Positions 60,974 to 64,000 of a stretch of DNA of 64,000 nt are shown here, in pieces. The notes under the pieces were generated by a model, which saw only the letters and a list, made by a program, of their open reading frames with translations, was not told where the DNA came from and did no database searches. Within the stretch, counting starts at the first letter, position 1. Every line of letters begins with the position of its first letter. The DNA is taken from contig JASTWF010000322.1 in the NCBI GenBank assembly GCA_030390025.1, forward strand, positions 372,001 through 436,000. Reading direction: 5' to 3'. The position numbers were made by a program, and so were the translations under genes. This stretch comes from Squalus acanthias. Lineage: Eukaryota.

Positions 60974-61216
60974 TCCCGCTTGATGAAGGCCCAGGTGACT
61001 CCAGCCGCCACTTTGATGAAGCACCGTGGAGCACTGAAGGAGGATGAGGCGTCCACCAAGTCTCGGGAGCCCAAAGTTTTCTACCCACCCCGGCCTGGTA
61101 TCTATGCCTCAGCGCTGCTCTCCAGCCAGATCCGCCGAGCCAAACCATTGCCCCTGAGCCCTCGCCCCTGGGCCTCCCAGAGCAGGCCTGGAACTGCCAA
61201 GCCCTCGGACATCTGA
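60974..61216 (+). CDS. FAM83E: Probable terminal coding exon of the FAM83E-like gene
   Basis: Acceptor TTTGTTCCCTCCCCAG (AG 60972-60973). Open frame SRLMKAQVTPAATLMKHRG...KPSDI* to TGA. TPAxxLMxxRG resembles the FAM83E C-terminal TPAKALMRQRG (recalled, not searched). Non-repetitive sequence, followed by a polyA signal. Confidence 0.62.
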   Translation, partial: SRLMKAQVTPAATLMKHRGALKEDEASTKSREPKVFYPPRPGIYASALLSSQIRRAKPLPLSPRPWASQSRPGTAKPSDI

Positions 61217-61309
61217 CGGAGTCAAGAACGTTCCCTGGAACACTTTTGGCGGGTTTGGGGGGGTGGGGGGAATGGGGGAGGGGTTATTCAGTGACTGGCG
61301 GACACTTAT

Positions 61310-61890
61310 CGGAGGCGGCGATGCCCTCGGCAGTCGAATATCCCGCCCAATGGCCACTGAAATCTGCACCTTCTACTCGCGAGGGACTTGTGTAGAGGCG
61401 GCGAAGCCCGCGGCAGTCAAATAGCTGACCCAACGGCCGCAGGAATCTGCACCTTCTACTCGCGAGGGACTTGTATACAGGCGGCGAAGCCCGTGGCAGT
61501 CGAATAGCTGACCCAACGGCCACGGGAATCGGCAGCTTTTTCCCGCGAGGGGACTTGTGTAGCGGCGGCGAAGCCCGCGGCAGTCGAATAGCTGCCCCAA
61601 CGGCCGCGGGAATCGGCAGCACTTACTCGCGAGGGGACTTCTATAGAGGCGGCGAAGCCCGCGGCAGTCGAATAGCTGCCCCAACGGCCGCGGGAATTGG
61701 CAGCACTTACTCGCGAGGGACTTGTATACAGGCGGCGAAGCCCGCGGCAGTCGAATAGCTGCCCCAACGGCCGCGGGAATCGGCAGCTTTTTCCCGCGAG
61801 GGGACTTCTATAGAGGCGGCGAAGCCCGCGGCAGTCGAATAGCTGCCCCAACGGCCGCGGGAATCGGCAGCACTTACCCGCGAGGGGACA
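61310..61890. repeat. CpG-rich 83-84 bp tandem repeat (about 7 copies) in the putative 3' UTR
   Basis: Unit approximately GAGGGGACTTGTATAGAGGCGGCGAAGCCCGCGGCAGTCGAATAGCTGCCCCAACGGCCGCGGGAATCGGCAGCACTTACTCGC. Confidence 0.9.
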
Positions 61891-62089
61891 GGCGGAGGCA
61901 GTTTCGAACCAGATTGCTGGTTCCGCCGTGTCACGGGGATGGACTAAGGAGACAGTATTACTGGGGTCCAACTGCTGAAGTAAGGGGTGTTACGGGATGA
62001 ATCTGTATCGCTTGCGGAAATTAGGCCGCTATTTGCAAAACTGTGAAATCTATTACAAGCGCACTGCCTCCTGAGGCTGTGACCTGACT

Positions 62090-62095
62090 AATAAA
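62090..62095 (+). terminator. Candidate polyadenylation signal AATAAA of the FAM83E-like gene
   Basis: AATAAA about 870 bp after the stop codon, followed by T-rich TTTGTTTTAAT and before an L2 insertion. Confidence 0.5.
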
Positions 62096-62169
62096 AGATT
62101 TGTTTTAATATATGTACACACACACACACAAGAATTGCACGAACTAGATGAGAAAACAAACACCACAAC

Positions 62170-63945
62170 AATTTGTATTTATACAGCGCCTTTAACATAG
62201 TAAAACGTCCCAGGGCGCTTCACAGGAGCGATTATCAAACACAATTCGACACCGAGCCACATAAGGAGATATTAGGACAGGCGACCAAAAGCTTGGTCAA
62301 AGAGGTCGGTTTTAAGGAGCGTCTTAAAGGAGGAGAGAGAGGCGGAGAGGTTTAGGGAGGGAATTCCAGAGTTCGGGGCCCCAGGCAGCTGAAGGCACGG
62401 CCGCCAATGGTGGAGCGATGGAAATCGGGGTCGTGCAAGAGGCCAGAATCTCGGAGGGTTGTAGGAGGTTACAGAGATAGGGAGTGGGCGAGGGCCATGG
62501 AGGGATTTGAACAGGAGGAGGAGAATTGTAGGGGCTGGAGGAGGTTACAGAGATAGGGAGGGGGCGAGGGCCATGGAGGGATTTGAACAGGAGGATGAGA
62601 ATTGTAGGGCTGGAGGAGGTTACAGAGATAGGGAGGGAGCGAGGGCCATGGAGGGATTTGAACAGAAGGATGAGAATTTTGAAATCGAGGTGTTGCCGGA
62701 CCAGGAGCCAGTGTAGGTCAGCGAGCACAGGGGGTGATGGGCGAACGGGACTCGGTGCGAGTTAGGACACGGGGGCAGCAGGAGTTTGGGATGACCTCAA
62801 GTTTACGTAGGGTGGAATGTGGGAGGGCAGCTAGGAGAGCGTTGGAATAGTCAAGTCTAGAGGTAACAAACGCAGGGATGAGGGTTTCAGCAGCGGATGA
62901 GCTGAGACAGGGGCGGAGACGGGCGATGTTACGGAGGTGGAAGTAACATAGAAACATAGAATCTAGGAGCAGGAGTAGGCCATTCGGCCCGTCGAGCCTG
63001 CACCACCATTCAATACGATCATGGCTGATCATTCAAATCCAGTACCCTGTCCCTGCTTTAATCCCCACAGTACACATATCCCACCCGACCCCCGTAACCC
63101 CACGTATTTAATTCCCCCTAACATATCCCATCCTATCCCCATAACCCCACATATTTAATGCCCCCCTAACACTAAGGGTCAATTTATCATAGCCAAATCA
63201 ACCTAACCCGCACATTTTTGGACAGTGGGAGGAAACCGGAGCACCCGGAGGAAACCCACGCAGACACGGGGAGAATGTGCAAACTCCACACAGACAGTCA
63301 CCCGAGGTCAGATTCGAACCCGGAGACGGTCTTTGTGACGGAGCGGAGATGTGGTCGGAAGCACATTTCAGGGTCAAATATGACACCAAGGTTGCGAACA
63401 GTGTGGTTCAGCCTCAGACAGATGTTAGGGAGAGGGATGGAGTCGGTGGCTCGGGAACGGAGTTTGTGGCGGGGACCGAAAACAACAGCTTCGGTCTTCC
63501 CAATATTTAACTGGAGAACATTTCTGCTCATCCAGAACTGGATGTCGGACAAGCAGTCGGACAATTTAGAGATCGTGGAGGGGTCGAGAGAAGAGGTAGT
63601 GAGGAAGAGCTGGGTGTCGTCAGCGTACATGTGGAAACTGAGGCTGTGTTTTCGGATGAGGTCGCCGAGGGGCAACATGTCGATGAGAAATAGGAGGGGG
63701 CCAAGGATAGATCCTTGGGGGACACCAGAGGTAACGATGCGGGAGTGGGAAGAGAAGCCGTTGCAGGTGATTCTCTGGCTACGATTCGATCGATGAGAAT
63801 GGAACCAGGCGAGTGCAGTCCCACCCAGCTGGACGACAGTGGAGAGGCGTTGGAGGAGGATGGAGTGGTCAACCGTGTCAAAGACTGCAGACAAGTCAAG
63901 AAGGATGAGGAGGAATAGTTTACCTTTGTCACAGTCACAAAGGAT
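62170..63945 (-). mobile_element. L2 LINE (RT domain to 3' tail) interrupted at about 62946-63327 by a CR1 tail and HE1-like SINE
   Basis: SAVFDTVDHSILL...GVPQGSILGPLLF...MYADDTQL and HWLLVRQHLDFKIL. The flanks of the insert are contiguous in the copy at about 3940. Confidence 0.9.
63060..63325 (-). mobile_element. HE1-like V-SINE, 5'-truncated
   Basis: Same V-domain as 5628-5945. Confidence 0.85.
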
Positions 63946-63949
63946 GTCT

Positions 63950-64000
63950 TGTCTTCTTCTTAGGCAGTCCCTCGGAACCGAGGATGATTTGCTTCCACAT
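63950..64000 (-). mobile_element. RTE/BovB-like 3' end (runs off the window)
   Basis: TCTTCTTCTTAGGCAGTCCCTCGGAACCGAGGATGA is near-identical to 7520-7560. Confidence 0.85.

Overview
Eukaryotic, very repeat-dense vertebrate DNA. The repeat content (CR1/HER1-like and L2 LINEs, HE1/V-SINE, Deu-domain SINE, RTE-BovB, Penelope) points to a cartilaginous fish (shark or ray). The only host gene I can support is a + strand FAM83-family (DUF1669) gene, most like FAM83E. It has a first coding exon (ATG 33875-34330), a 25.1 kb intron, coding exon 2 (59460-59627), a 200-N gap (60716-60915) that probably hides the middle exons, and a likely terminal exon (60974-61216, AATAAA at 62090). Almost all other ORFs in the track are retroelement fragments or translations of tandem repeats. 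Notable non-coding structure: five hammerhead-ribozyme-like cores in inverted Penelope pseudo-LTRs; several dispersed minisatellite families whose units are slices of SINE/L2/CR1 sequence; two TIR-bounded Harbinger-like non-autonomous elements; a 218-bp solo LTR carrying a CTCF-like motif; a CpG-rich CRE/YY1 motif cluster; 70-bp and 68-bp satellites; and a 7.1 kb (CT)n tract just upstream of exon 2. I found no prokaryotic-type system (CRISPR, operon). Family assignments come from recalled sequence knowledge, not database searches, and repeat boundaries are approximate.
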